Positions 1-7,548 of a DNA stretch of 37,405 nt are shown piece by piece. Location: assembly GCA_030838785.1 (NCBI GenBank), contig JAUZEY010000111.1, positions 1 through 37,405 on the forward strand, in the 5' to 3' direction. A program made the translations under genes and the position numbers. Each line of letters opens with the position of its first letter. Positions within the stretch are counted from its first letter, which is position 1. The notes beneath the pieces were generated by a model. It ran no database searches, was not told the origin of the DNA, and saw only the letters and a list, made by a program, of their open reading frames with translations. The DNA is from Actinomycetota bacterium (GTDB lineage Bacteria; Actinomycetota; Acidimicrobiia; IMCC26256; BP-133).

Positions 1-39
1 GACGGGACGCCACCGGGCCGGCCCGTACACTTTCCGGCC

Positions 40-822
40 GTGAGCAGGTCTGATCCCGGAGCCGACCCGCTGGTCGAGGCGACCCGCCGTCTCGAGGCCG
101 GGGAGGACGTCGTACTGGCCACGGCCATCCGTACCGACGGCGCCCCGCCGTGCCGCCCCGGGCAGAAGTTGCTCCTCGGGCCCGGCGGTCCGCTGGCCGG
201 CACGCTCGGATGCTCGGAGTTCGACGCCTCCGCCGTCGACGAGACCAAGGGCCTGCTGGCCGCCGGCGAACCGGGCCTGCGGACGTTCACCCACGACCTC
301 GGCTCGGTCGAGGTGTACCTGGAGCCGCTGCAGCCCCGGCCCCGGCTCGTGGTCCTGGGGGCGACCCCGGTGGCCGAGCACCTGCTGCGGGGCGGCGCAG
401 CGCTCGGCTATGCCACGGTGCTGGTCGAGAGCCGGACCGAACGGATCACGGCTGAGCACGAGGCGGCGGCCGGGAAGATCGAGCCGTCACTGGCCGACCT
501 GGCCCTCGGCCCCCGAGTGGACGCCATCCACACCGATCACGACGCCCCCGACATCGTCGACGAGCTGGCCCCGCTCCTGCGGGCCGGGGTGCACTTCGTC
601 GGGGTGATGGGCAGTGCCCGCCACACCGCTCCCCACCTCGCCGCGCTCCGGGCGGCGGGCTGCAGCGACGAGGAGCTGGGCCGCCTGCGCACCCCGGTCG
701 GCCTCGATCTCGGGGCCCGCACCCCGGCCGAGATCGCCCTGTCGATCCTGGCCGGCCTCCTCGCCGCCCGCACCGGCCGCACGGGCGGCTGGCTCGACGC
801 TCGGAGCGCTCCCCCCTCCTAG
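40..822 (+). CDS. XdhC/CoxI-family accessory protein (molybdenum cofactor insertion/maturation type)
   Basis: 260-aa ORF with a GTG start. The N-terminal part (VLATAIRTDGAPPCRPGQKLLL) followed by a Rossmann-like part (PRLVVLGATPVAEHL...VGVMGSARH...LRTPVGLDLGA.TPAEIALSILA) is typical of the two XdhC domains. No partner dehydrogenase lies in the window. Confidence 0.75.
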   Translation: MSRSDPGADPLVEATRRLEAGEDVVLATAIRTDGAPPCRPGQKLLLGPGGPLAGTLGCSEFDASAVDETKGLLAAGEPGLRTFTHDLGSVEVYLEPLQPRPRLVVLGATPVAEHLLRGGAALGYATVLVESRTERITAEHEAAAGKIEPSLADLALGPRVDAIHTDHDAPDIVDELAPLLRAGVHFVGVMGSARHTAPHLAALRAAGCSDEELGRLRTPVGLDLGARTPAEIALSILAGLLAARTGRTGGWLDARSAPPS

Positions 823-845
823 TGGCCTAGCGCACCATCTCGGGC

Positions 846-2126
846 TCAGCCGTTATCCGCCCCGGCCGGCCCTGACGAGCGGGAGGTCATGGGGGACGTC
901 CCGGCTTGGCGGCGCTGGCGGTGGGCCAGGCCTTCGAGGGAGAAGTGGGCGATCGTCGCCGACAGCAGCGCCCACAGGGGGAGCAGGACGAGGAGGATCC
1001 CGAAGCGGCGGGCTCCCGAACCGGCGTAGAGGTCGATGGCGGTGTTCACGCCCAGGAGGCCGACCGTCCGCAGGACGAAGGCGGTGACGAGGAGACTGAA
1101 CCCGAACGCCGCCGCCCACACCAGCGCCCGGAGCACGGTCGGCACCGGCGTGCCGGACCGCGGCGGGGCGAGCCAGCCGAGGGGCGCGCCGGGCGAGGCG
1201 GTGGCCGTTCCCCGGGGGGCGACCGGTGTGCCGGCGGCCCCGGCCGCCGTCGTTCGGGCGCCCGCCACACCGGCGGAACCGGGGGCGGCGGTGCCGGCTG
1301 CCCCCGCCCAACCGCCGGCCGCCCCGGCCGCGGGCCAGTTCGGAGCCGGCGAGGCGCCGGACGAGCCAGCCCCGGACCAGTCACGACCCGACGAACTGCC
1401 GGACGAGCCAGCCCCGGACCAGTCACGACCCGACGAACTGCCGCCCGAACCAGCCGCAGACCACTCACCACCGCCGGATGCAGCCGCAGACCGGTCAGCG
1501 CCCCGCGAAGCACCGCCCGAGCCGGCCGCAGCCCAGTGACTGCCTCTCGGAGGACCGGCGGAGCCAGCGGGACCAGCGGCGCCAGCGCCAGGGCCGGCGG
1601 AGCCAGCGGAGCCGGCGGCGCCAGCGCCAGGGCCGGCGGAGCCAGCGGAGCCAGCGGAGCCGGCGGGACCAGCGGAGCCGGCGGGACCAGCGGAGCCGGC
1701 GGGACCAGCGGCGCCAGCGCCAGGGCCGGCGGAGCCAGCGGGACCAGCGGAGCCGGCAGTGGCAGCGGGCCAGTTGGGGGCCGGCGAGGGGTCGGGGTGG
1801 GCGTCGGAGCCGTGAATCGGCACCATCCGGGTCGCATCGTCGGCGGCGCCGGCGACCGGGGGCTGCCGCGACCCGGCCCGGCCGGCGCGGCGGGCGGCCA
1901 GGCGGGCCGAGCGGGCGTCGCGGCTACCGGCGCCGGGGGGCCCTTCGGCCACCGGGCCCGGCTCGGGAACGGGCGGGCGGGACGAGGGGCGGCCCGTCCA
2001 TCCCTCGGGCACCGACAGCGTGCGGTAGCAGCCGTAGCACCGGAAGGTGGCGTCGCCCCGGACGATCTCGGGCAGCCCCGAGGGGTGGACGTGGCCGCAG
2101 CCCGGGCACTGCAGACCCGACGCCAT
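846..2126 (-). CDS. Zinc-ribbon / Ala-Gly-Ser-Pro low-complexity / two-TM membrane protein (hypothetical)
   Basis: 426-aa ORF. The N-terminus has CPGCG...17 aa...CYGC (a 4-Cys ribbon). About 250 aa of AGS/AGP and GSSSGRDWSGAGSS repeats follow, then two hydrophobic helices near the C-terminus (LVWAAAFGFSLLVTAFVL, ILLVLLPLWALLSATIA). The start ATG overlaps the trpD stop (ATGA at 2123-2126). Confidence 0.6.
   Translation of the reverse strand: MASGLQCPGCGHVHPSGLPEIVRGDATFRCYGCYRTLSVPEGWTGRPSSRPPVPEPGPVAEGPPGAGSRDARSARLAARRAGRAGSRQPPVAGAADDATRMVPIHGSDAHPDPSPAPNWPAATAGSAGPAGSAGPGAGAAGPAGSAGPAGSAGPAGSAGSAGSAGPGAGAAGSAGSAGPGAGAAGPAGSAGPPRGSHWAAAGSGGASRGADRSAAASGGGEWSAAGSGGSSSGRDWSGAGSSGSSSGRDWSGAGSSGASPAPNWPAAGAAGGWAGAAGTAAPGSAGVAGARTTAAGAAGTPVAPRGTATASPGAPLGWLAPPRSGTPVPTVLRALVWAAAFGFSLLVTAFVLRTVGLLGVNTAIDLYAGSGARRFGILLVLLPLWALLSATIAHFSLEGLAHRQRRQAGTSPMTSRSSGPAGADNG
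1359..1442. repeat. Perfect 42-nt tandem duplication inside the CDS (encodes GSSSGRDWSGAGSS x2)
   Basis: ggacgagccagccccggaccagtcacgacccgacgaactgcc occurs twice back to back, with degenerate copies on both sides. Confidence 0.9.
1556..1760. repeat. Imperfect 9/18-nt in-frame microsatellite-like repeats (encode AGS/AGP/GAGAAG tracts)
   Basis: The units ggagccagc / ggagccggc / gggaccagc / ggcgccagc are iterated more than 20 times. Larger blocks (ggcgccagcgccagggccggcggagccagcgg) recur three times. Confidence 0.85.
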
Positions 2127-3178
2127 CAGCCGGCCTCCTCCGCGGCCGCCTCCTGGCTCACCTTCACGAGCTGGTCGAGAGCGGCGGCCGCCCGCCCGCC
2201 GTCGAGGGAGTCCGATGCCGCCTCGATGCCGGCGGCCAGGTCGTCGGCGACTCCGGCAGCCACGAGGGCGGCGCCGGCGTTGAGGACCACGATGTCGCGC
2301 TGGGGGCCCGCCTCACCGTCGAGGACGGCCCGGGCCAGCCGGGCGTTGGCCGTCGGGTCTCCGCCGACGAGATCTTCGGGGACGGCCAACGGGATGCCGA
2401 GCTCGGTGGGGTCGAGGTTCGAGAAGCGGACCTCGCCGCCGATGACCTCCCACACCGCCGACGTCGTCGTCGTGGTGAGCTCGTCGAGCCCGTCGTGACC
2501 GAAGAAGACCAGCGCCCGTTCGGTGCCGAGCTCGACCAGGGTGGCAACCATGCGTTCGGCCATGGCGGCGTCGCCGACGCCGATCGTCTGGCGGCGGGCC
2601 CCGGCGGGGTTGGCGAGCGGGCCGAGGAAGTTGAAGGTGGTGGGCACGCCGAGCTCGGCCCGTACCGGGCCGGCGTGGCGGAGCGCCCGGTGGTAGCGGG
2701 GGGCGTAGCAGAACCCGATGCCCACCTCGTTGATGCAGCGGGCGACGCCGAAGGGCCCGAGGTCGACGGCGACGCCGAGGCGTTCCAGCAGGTCGGCGGA
2801 GCCGCAGGCGGACGAGGCGGACCGGTTGCCGTGCTTGGCCACCCGGGCGCCGGCCCCGGCGGCCACGAACGCCGCCAGGGTCGAGACGTTGATGGTGCAC
2901 GACCGGTCCCCGCCGGTACCGCAGGTGTCGAGCAGCGGGCCGGCGACGTCGACGCGCTCGGCATAGGCCAGCATCGTGCGGACGAGGGCCGCCATCTCGG
3001 CCGGGGTCTCCCCCTTCGCCCGCAGCAGGACGGCGAAGCCGGCGATCTGGGCCGGTGTCGCCCGCCCCTCCAGGATCGTGGCCAGAGCGCCCCCCGCCTC
3101 GTCGGCGGTGAGCTCCTCCCCGCGGATCAGCTTGGACAGCAGCGGCGGCCAGAACGGAGTGTCGGCGTCCATCGACAT
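2126..3178 (-). CDS. trpD: Anthranilate phosphoribosyltransferase
   Basis: 350 aa with family hallmarks: GEELTADEA...ATPAQIAGFAVLLRAKGET, DTCGTGGD, KHGNRSASSACGSADLLE, FLGPLANPAG. Confidence 0.93.
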   Translation of the reverse strand: MSMDADTPFWPPLLSKLIRGEELTADEAGGALATILEGRATPAQIAGFAVLLRAKGETPAEMAALVRTMLAYAERVDVAGPLLDTCGTGGDRSCTINVSTLAAFVAAGAGARVAKHGNRSASSACGSADLLERLGVAVDLGPFGVARCINEVGIGFCYAPRYHRALRHAGPVRAELGVPTTFNFLGPLANPAGARRQTIGVGDAAMAERMVATLVELGTERALVFFGHDGLDELTTTTTSAVWEVIGGEVRFSNLDPTELGIPLAVPEDLVGGDPTANARLARAVLDGEAGPQRDIVVLNAGAALVAAGVADDLAAGIEAASDSLDGGRAAAALDQLVKVSQEAAAEEAG

Positions 3179-3232
3179 GAAGAGGTGAGCGTACCGCCGC
3201 CACGGCCTCGGGCCCGGTTGGGCGGACGGCGA

Positions 3233-3481
3233 TCAGGCCGAGCGGCGGCGCTGGCGGAGTACCCGGCGGCGCTCACGCTCCGTGAGGCCACCCCACACTC
3301 CGTGCTTCTCGCGGGTGGTGAGTGCGAACTCGAGGCAGGGCTGGCGCACGGCGCACATGCTGCAGATCGTCTTCGCCTCTTCGGCGAGACCGTCATCCTC
3401 CGACGGCGGGTAGAACACGAGGGGGTCGCTCCCCTTGCAGAGGCCGGTGGCCCGCCAGTTCTGCGCCATCGCCCCGCTCAT
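3233..3481 (-). CDS. WhiB-family (Wbl) Fe-S transcription factor
   Basis: It has the four-Cys pattern C-x24-C-x2-C-x5-C (CKG...CSMCAVRQPC), a GVWGG turn and a basic tail (RRRVLRQRRR). I placed the start at the ATG at 3481 (MSGAMAQNW) because AGGAAGA lies 5-6 nt upstream. In-frame ATGs at 3520 and 3547 are alternatives. Confidence 0.85.
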   Translation of the reverse strand: MSGAMAQNWRATGLCKGSDPLVFYPPSEDDGLAEEAKTICSMCAVRQPCLEFALTTREKHGVWGGLTERERRRVLRQRRRSA

Positions 3482-3632
3482 GTCTTTCTTCCTGATCGTG
3501 CGCTCCAACACCGTGCTCATGCCGACAGCATCTCCCCGCGCTGGCACCGAAGAAAACTCATCAGGTGCCTATTCCCGGTCCTGTCCCTCGGTATGCCCCG
3601 AATGTCGAATTCGTTCACTTCCCCTCTCCGCC

Positions 3633-3638
3633 TAACAT
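3633..3638 (+). promoter_or_regulatory. Candidate -10 hexamer TAACAT for glpD (possible leaderless transcript)
   Basis: A TANNNT hexamer ends 7 nt before the TTG/GTG start at 3645/3648. No Shine-Dalgarno is visible before glpD. It lies in the lower-GC divergent whiB-glpD spacer. Confidence 0.3.
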
Positions 3639-3644
3639 CCGCCG

Positions 3645-5435
3645 TTGGTGAACTTCGACGCCGACCAGCGGGAGCGGTACCTCGAGCGCCTCGCCTCGGA
3701 GCCCTTCGACGTGCTCGTGGTCGGCGGCGGCATCACCGGCGCCGGGGTGGCCCTCGACGCCGCCGGACGGGGTCTGCGGACGGCCCTCGTCGAACGGGGC
3801 GACTTCGCCGCCGGCACATCGTCGCGCTCGTCGAAGCTCGTCCACGGCGGGCTGCGCTACCTCCAGCAGAAGGAGTTCCGCCTCGTCTACGAGGCGCTGG
3901 CCGAGCGCCAGCGGCTGCTCCGCCTCGCCCCCCACCTGGTCAAGCCCCTGCCGTTCCTGATCCCGATCTTCGCCGCCGGGGTCGCGGGCCAGACCAAGGC
4001 CCGGGCCTACGCCCGGGGGATCGGCATGGCCCTGTGGATGTACGACATGACCGGCGGCGCCCGGATCGGCAAGCTCCACCGGCGGCTCTCCCGGCGGGAG
4101 GCGCTGGAGCTCATGCCCGACCTCGACGGCCGCAAGCTGGCCGCCGGGTTCCTGTACTACGACGCCCGGGTCGACGATGCCCGCCTCACCCTCTCGGTGG
4201 TCAAGACGGCCGCCTCCCTCGGGGCGGTGACCGCCAACCGGGTGGAGGCCACCGGCCTGCTGCGGTCCGGCGGGCTGGTCCAGGGCGCGGTCCTGACCGA
4301 CCGGCTCACCGGCCGGGAGTTCGAGACGCACGCCGCCGTGGTCATCAACGCCGCCGGTGTGTGGGCCGACGAGCTCCGGGCCTTCGACGAGGGCGCCAAC
4401 CCCCGCTCGATCCGTCCGGCCAAGGGTGTGCACATCACGCTGCCGGCCGGGCGGCCGGCCCTCGACATCGCCGCCGTGCTCTCGGTCCCCGGTGACCGGC
4501 GGTCGGTGTTCGTCATCCCCTGGGGCGACCGGATCTACGTCGGCACGACCGACACCGACTACGACGGCCCCCTCGACGACCCGCAATGCACCGCCGCCGA
4601 CATCGACTACCTCCTCGGCGCCCTCAATGCCTGGGTGACCAAGCCCGTCGGGCGCCACGAGGTCCTCGGCGCCTGGGCCGGTCTGCGGCCGCTGGTCGGC
4701 GGGTCGGGGACGCTGGCGGCCGTACCGGCGGGAAAGGCCGGCCGAACCGCCGATCTGTCCCGGCGCCACTCGGTCCGGGTGGCACCGAGCGGCCTCGTCA
4801 CCATCGTCGGCGGCAAGCTCACGACCTACCGGGCCATGGCCGAGGACACGGTCGACGAGGCCGTCCGGGTCATGCGGCTGCAGGGTTCGGGCGGCGGGTC
4901 GGGCCGCCGGGGCGCTGACCGCCGGGGGGGCCGGGTGCCGGACTCCCGGTCGGGGTCGACCCCCCTCTTCGGCGCCGAGGGCTACGAGGAGCTGACCGAG
5001 GACGGGGCGGCGGAGCGGCTCGGCGTGGCGCCCGACGTCCTCGCCCATCTGGCCGGGCGGTTCGGCGGCCACGCCCGGACGGTGGCGGCCATGGTGCGGG
5101 ACCGGCCCGAGCTCGGCGAGCGGCTCGTGCCGGGGCTGCCCTACCTGAAGGCGGAGGCGGTCTACGCCGTCCGGTACGAGATGGCCCTCACCCTGGAGGA
5201 CGTCCTGTCCCGGCGGACCAGGGCCCTGCTCCTCGACGCCGCCGCCTCCGCCGGAGCGGCCGCCTCGGTGGCCGGGCTGATGAGCGCCGAGCTGGGGTGG
5301 AGCGACGAGGAGCGGAGCCGCCAGGTCGATGCCTTCCTGGCGCTGGTCGAGCGGCAGCGGCGGGCCGCCGACCCCGCCGAGGACGCCGTCGAGGCCCGGC
5401 TGCTGGCTCCCCCGGTGCCCGGCGCCGACGCCTGA
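3645..5435 (+). CDS. glpD: FAD-dependent glycerol-3-phosphate dehydrogenase
   Basis: 596 aa with an N-terminal FAD fold (DVLVVGGGITGAGVALDAAGRGL...LVERGDFAAGTSSRSSKLVHGGLRYL) and a GlpD-type C-terminal domain. The start is TTG at 3645 or GTG at 3648. Confidence 0.9.
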   Translation: MVNFDADQRERYLERLASEPFDVLVVGGGITGAGVALDAAGRGLRTALVERGDFAAGTSSRSSKLVHGGLRYLQQKEFRLVYEALAERQRLLRLAPHLVKPLPFLIPIFAAGVAGQTKARAYARGIGMALWMYDMTGGARIGKLHRRLSRREALELMPDLDGRKLAAGFLYYDARVDDARLTLSVVKTAASLGAVTANRVEATGLLRSGGLVQGAVLTDRLTGREFETHAAVVINAAGVWADELRAFDEGANPRSIRPAKGVHITLPAGRPALDIAAVLSVPGDRRSVFVIPWGDRIYVGTTDTDYDGPLDDPQCTAADIDYLLGALNAWVTKPVGRHEVLGAWAGLRPLVGGSGTLAAVPAGKAGRTADLSRRHSVRVAPSGLVTIVGGKLTTYRAMAEDTVDEAVRVMRLQGSGGGSGRRGADRRGGRVPDSRSGSTPLFGAEGYEELTEDGAAERLGVAPDVLAHLAGRFGGHARTVAAMVRDRPELGERLVPGLPYLKAEAVYAVRYEMALTLEDVLSRRTRALLLDAAASAGAAASVAGLMSAELGWSDEERSRQVDAFLALVERQRRAADPAEDAVEARLLAPPVPGADA

Positions 5436-7075
5436 TGGCCGACGGCCCCCGGGGGACGGGGGGTGTCTCCCCGACAAGGGCAGCGGGAGCTGCCGACGAA
5501 CGCGGCGAAGCCGGCACGGCCTCCGGGACGGCCGCTGATCCGGCCGGGACCGCCCGGTCGCGCATCCGGTTTCCGGTCGACCTGCCGGCGGGACCCCGGG
5601 GGGTCCGGCTGGATGTCGCGCCGGCGTCCGTCTCCGATGCCTTTCTCACCGCCCTGGCCGCCCACCTCGGGCCGGAGGGGGTGGCGGTGGCGGACGACGT
5701 CCTCGACGACGCCGGCCGGGACTGGTGGCCGCTGTCGGCCGTGTGGGCCGCCGAGGGGCTCGTCCCGGCCCGGCCGGCGGCGGTGGCCCGCCCGTCCGAC
5801 GCCGACGGGGTGGCCGCCACCATCCGCCTCGCCGCCGAGCACGGCGTCCCCCTCACCCCGGCCGCCGGGCGGTCGGGCGTCTGCGGCGGCGCCGTCCCCG
5901 TCGCCGGCGGGGTGGCCCTCGATCTGACCGGACTGGCCGGCATCGTCGACGTCGACGACACGTCGCTGCGGATCCGGGTCCTCCCCGGTACGTTCGGCGA
6001 CGACCTCGAACGGGGCCTGGCCGACCACGGCGTCACACTCGGGCACTGGCCCCAGTCGATGGCCATCTCCACCGTCGGGGGTTGGCTGGCCTGCCGGAGT
6101 GCCGGTCAGTACTCCACCCGATACGGGAAGATCGAGGACATGGTCGTCGGACTCGAAGTGGTGGACGGGCGGGGCCGGCGGTTCCGGACCGGTGGCCATC
6201 CCCGGGCGGCGACCGGGCCCGACCTCACCCAGGTCTTCGTCGGCAGCGAGGGAACGCTGGGGGTCATCACCGAGGCGACGCTGCGGGTCCGGCCCCGGCC
6301 GTCCGGCCGCGGCTGGGCCGCCTACGGTTTCCAGACCTTCGCCGACGGCCTCGACGCCTGCCGCCGGACGCTGCGCCGGGGAGCCACGCCGGCCGTCCTG
6401 CGCCTCTACGACCGGGCCGAGTCGACCCGGCAGTTTTCCGGCGACCACTTCGACGGGGAGGGCTGCCTGCTGCTGGTCCTCGACGAGGGCGACCCCGAAT
6501 CGGTCGACTGGACCCTGGGCCTCGTCGACCAGGAGTGCCGCCGCACCCCGGGCGCCGCCGGGCGGGACCGGCGCCTCGTCACCCACTGGCTGGAGCACCG
6601 CAACGACGTCTCGGCGCTGGGCATGGTGGTGCGGGCCGGGCTGGTGGTCGACACGATCGAGGTGGCCGGGTCGTGGTCGGTCCTCCCCCGCCTCTACGAC
6701 GACGTCACCGCCGCCATCGGCGCCGTCCCCGGCACCCTGGCCGCCACCGGCCACTGCTCCCACGCCTACCTCGACGGCGGCTGCCTGTACTTCACCTTCG
6801 CCGGGGCGGCGGGCGGCGAGCGGGCGGACAAGGACCGGTACTACCGGGCCGCCTTCGACGCCGCGATGTCCGCCACCCTGGCCGTCGGCGGCGCCGTCAG
6901 CCACCACCACGGCGTCGGGTTCCTGCGGGGGCCGTGGATGGCACCGGCGCTGGGCGAAGGGGCCTTCGGCGTCCTGGGCGACCTGAAGGCGGCGCTCGAC
7001 CCGGCCGGCGTCCTCAACCCCGGGAAGCTCGGCCTGCCCTCACCGTTCGTGCCCGACGGTTGGTCATGGTCCTGA
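5435..7075 (+). CDS. FAD-linked oxidase, alkyl-dihydroxyacetonephosphate-synthase (AGPS)/GlcD-like
   Basis: FAD_binding_4-like region (PAAVARPSDADGVAATIRLAAEHGVPLTPAAGRSGVCGG) and STVGGWLACRSAGQYSTRYGKIEDMV, resembling the AGPS signature. The ATG overlaps the glpD stop (TGATG at 5433-5437). The upstream 5297-5434 part of the ORF is Arg-rich read-through. Confidence 0.8.
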   Translation: MADGPRGTGGVSPTRAAGAADERGEAGTASGTAADPAGTARSRIRFPVDLPAGPRGVRLDVAPASVSDAFLTALAAHLGPEGVAVADDVLDDAGRDWWPLSAVWAAEGLVPARPAAVARPSDADGVAATIRLAAEHGVPLTPAAGRSGVCGGAVPVAGGVALDLTGLAGIVDVDDTSLRIRVLPGTFGDDLERGLADHGVTLGHWPQSMAISTVGGWLACRSAGQYSTRYGKIEDMVVGLEVVDGRGRRFRTGGHPRAATGPDLTQVFVGSEGTLGVITEATLRVRPRPSGRGWAAYGFQTFADGLDACRRTLRRGATPAVLRLYDRAESTRQFSGDHFDGEGCLLLVLDEGDPESVDWTLGLVDQECRRTPGAAGRDRRLVTHWLEHRNDVSALGMVVRAGLVVDTIEVAGSWSVLPRLYDDVTAAIGAVPGTLAATGHCSHAYLDGGCLYFTFAGAAGGERADKDRYYRAAFDAAMSATLAVGGAVSHHHGVGFLRGPWMAPALGEGAFGVLGDLKAALDPAGVLNPGKLGLPSPFVPDGWSWS

Positions 7076-7548
7076 AGCGGTCACGGACCCGGGTGCGGGC
7101 GAAGTCGCGGCCCAGGGCGGCCGGCCCGGCGGCGGAGATCGACCGGCGGGCGCTCACCCGGGGAGCCCTGTGGGGGCTGGCCGTCATCGCCCCCGTCAGC
7201 ATCGGGGTCGAGGTCCTCGACGCCGTCGACGTCCTCGGCAAGGGGCCGGTGGTCTTCATCCCCGCCCTGGCCATCTTCGGGGCCTTCTTCCTGGCCGGGT
7301 TCCAGGCCGGCAAGGCCGCCCCCGGTTCGCCCTACACCCACGGCGCCCTGGCCGGCCTGGCCGCCTTCACCGCCTGGCTCACGCTGCGGATGGCCACCCA
7401 CCTCGTCCTCGGCGAACGGTTGCTGGGCAAGGAGGGCGACACCACGGTCACCGTCGTCCTGACCGTGGCCACGGTGGCGCTGCTGTCGATGTCGGGCGGG
7501 ATCGCCGGCGGGCTGCTGGCCGCCCGCGACCAGAGCGGCTCGCCGTGA
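7066..7548 (+). CDS. Small integral membrane protein (about 4 TM), hypothetical
   Basis: 160 aa with a basic N-terminus followed by hydrophobic segments (GALWGLAVIAPVSI, VVFIPALAIFGAFFLAGF, LAGLAAFTAWLTL, VVLTVATVALLSMSGGIAGGLLA). It overlaps the preceding gene by 10 nt and the following gene by GTGA. Confidence 0.55.
   Translation: MVLKRSRTRVRAKSRPRAAGPAAEIDRRALTRGALWGLAVIAPVSIGVEVLDAVDVLGKGPVVFIPALAIFGAFFLAGFQAGKAAPGSPYTHGALAGLAAFTAWLTLRMATHLVLGERLLGKEGDTTVTVVLTVATVALLSMSGGIAGGLLAARDQSGSP

Noticed and set aside
1556-1760. A short-unit repeat array as a possible non-coding minisatellite or CRISPR-like locus.
   Set aside because: The unit length is a multiple of 3, and the array is embedded in a continuous ORF that has a structured N-terminus (zinc ribbon) and C-terminus (TM helices).
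1226-4495. Very long ORFs on the opposite strand or out of frame. Examples are 1226-4495 (+), 906-2498 (+), 3615-5477 (-), 5162-6910 (-), 5725-7065 (+), 7661-10036 (+), 15925-17526 (-), 18896-20626 (+), 22912-25461 (-), 24354-25922 (+), 25968-27536 (+), 31242-32900 (+).
   Set aside because: Their translations are Arg/Pro/Gly/Ala-rich low-complexity sequence typical of stop-poor alternative frames in ~70% GC DNA. Every one overlaps a gene with clear family motifs in another frame.
5297-5434. N-terminal extensions given by the ORF track for the FAD oxidase (5297), glpK (7170), the PucR regulator (22708), the gamma subunit (20925), HyuA paralogue 2 (23057), the SDR (25643), the WhiB-like gene (3547) and the propeller gene (35541).
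   Set aside because: The extensions overlap upstream genes or intergenic DNA, are compositionally aberrant, and internal starts with SD sequences or 4-nt stop/start overlaps are available.
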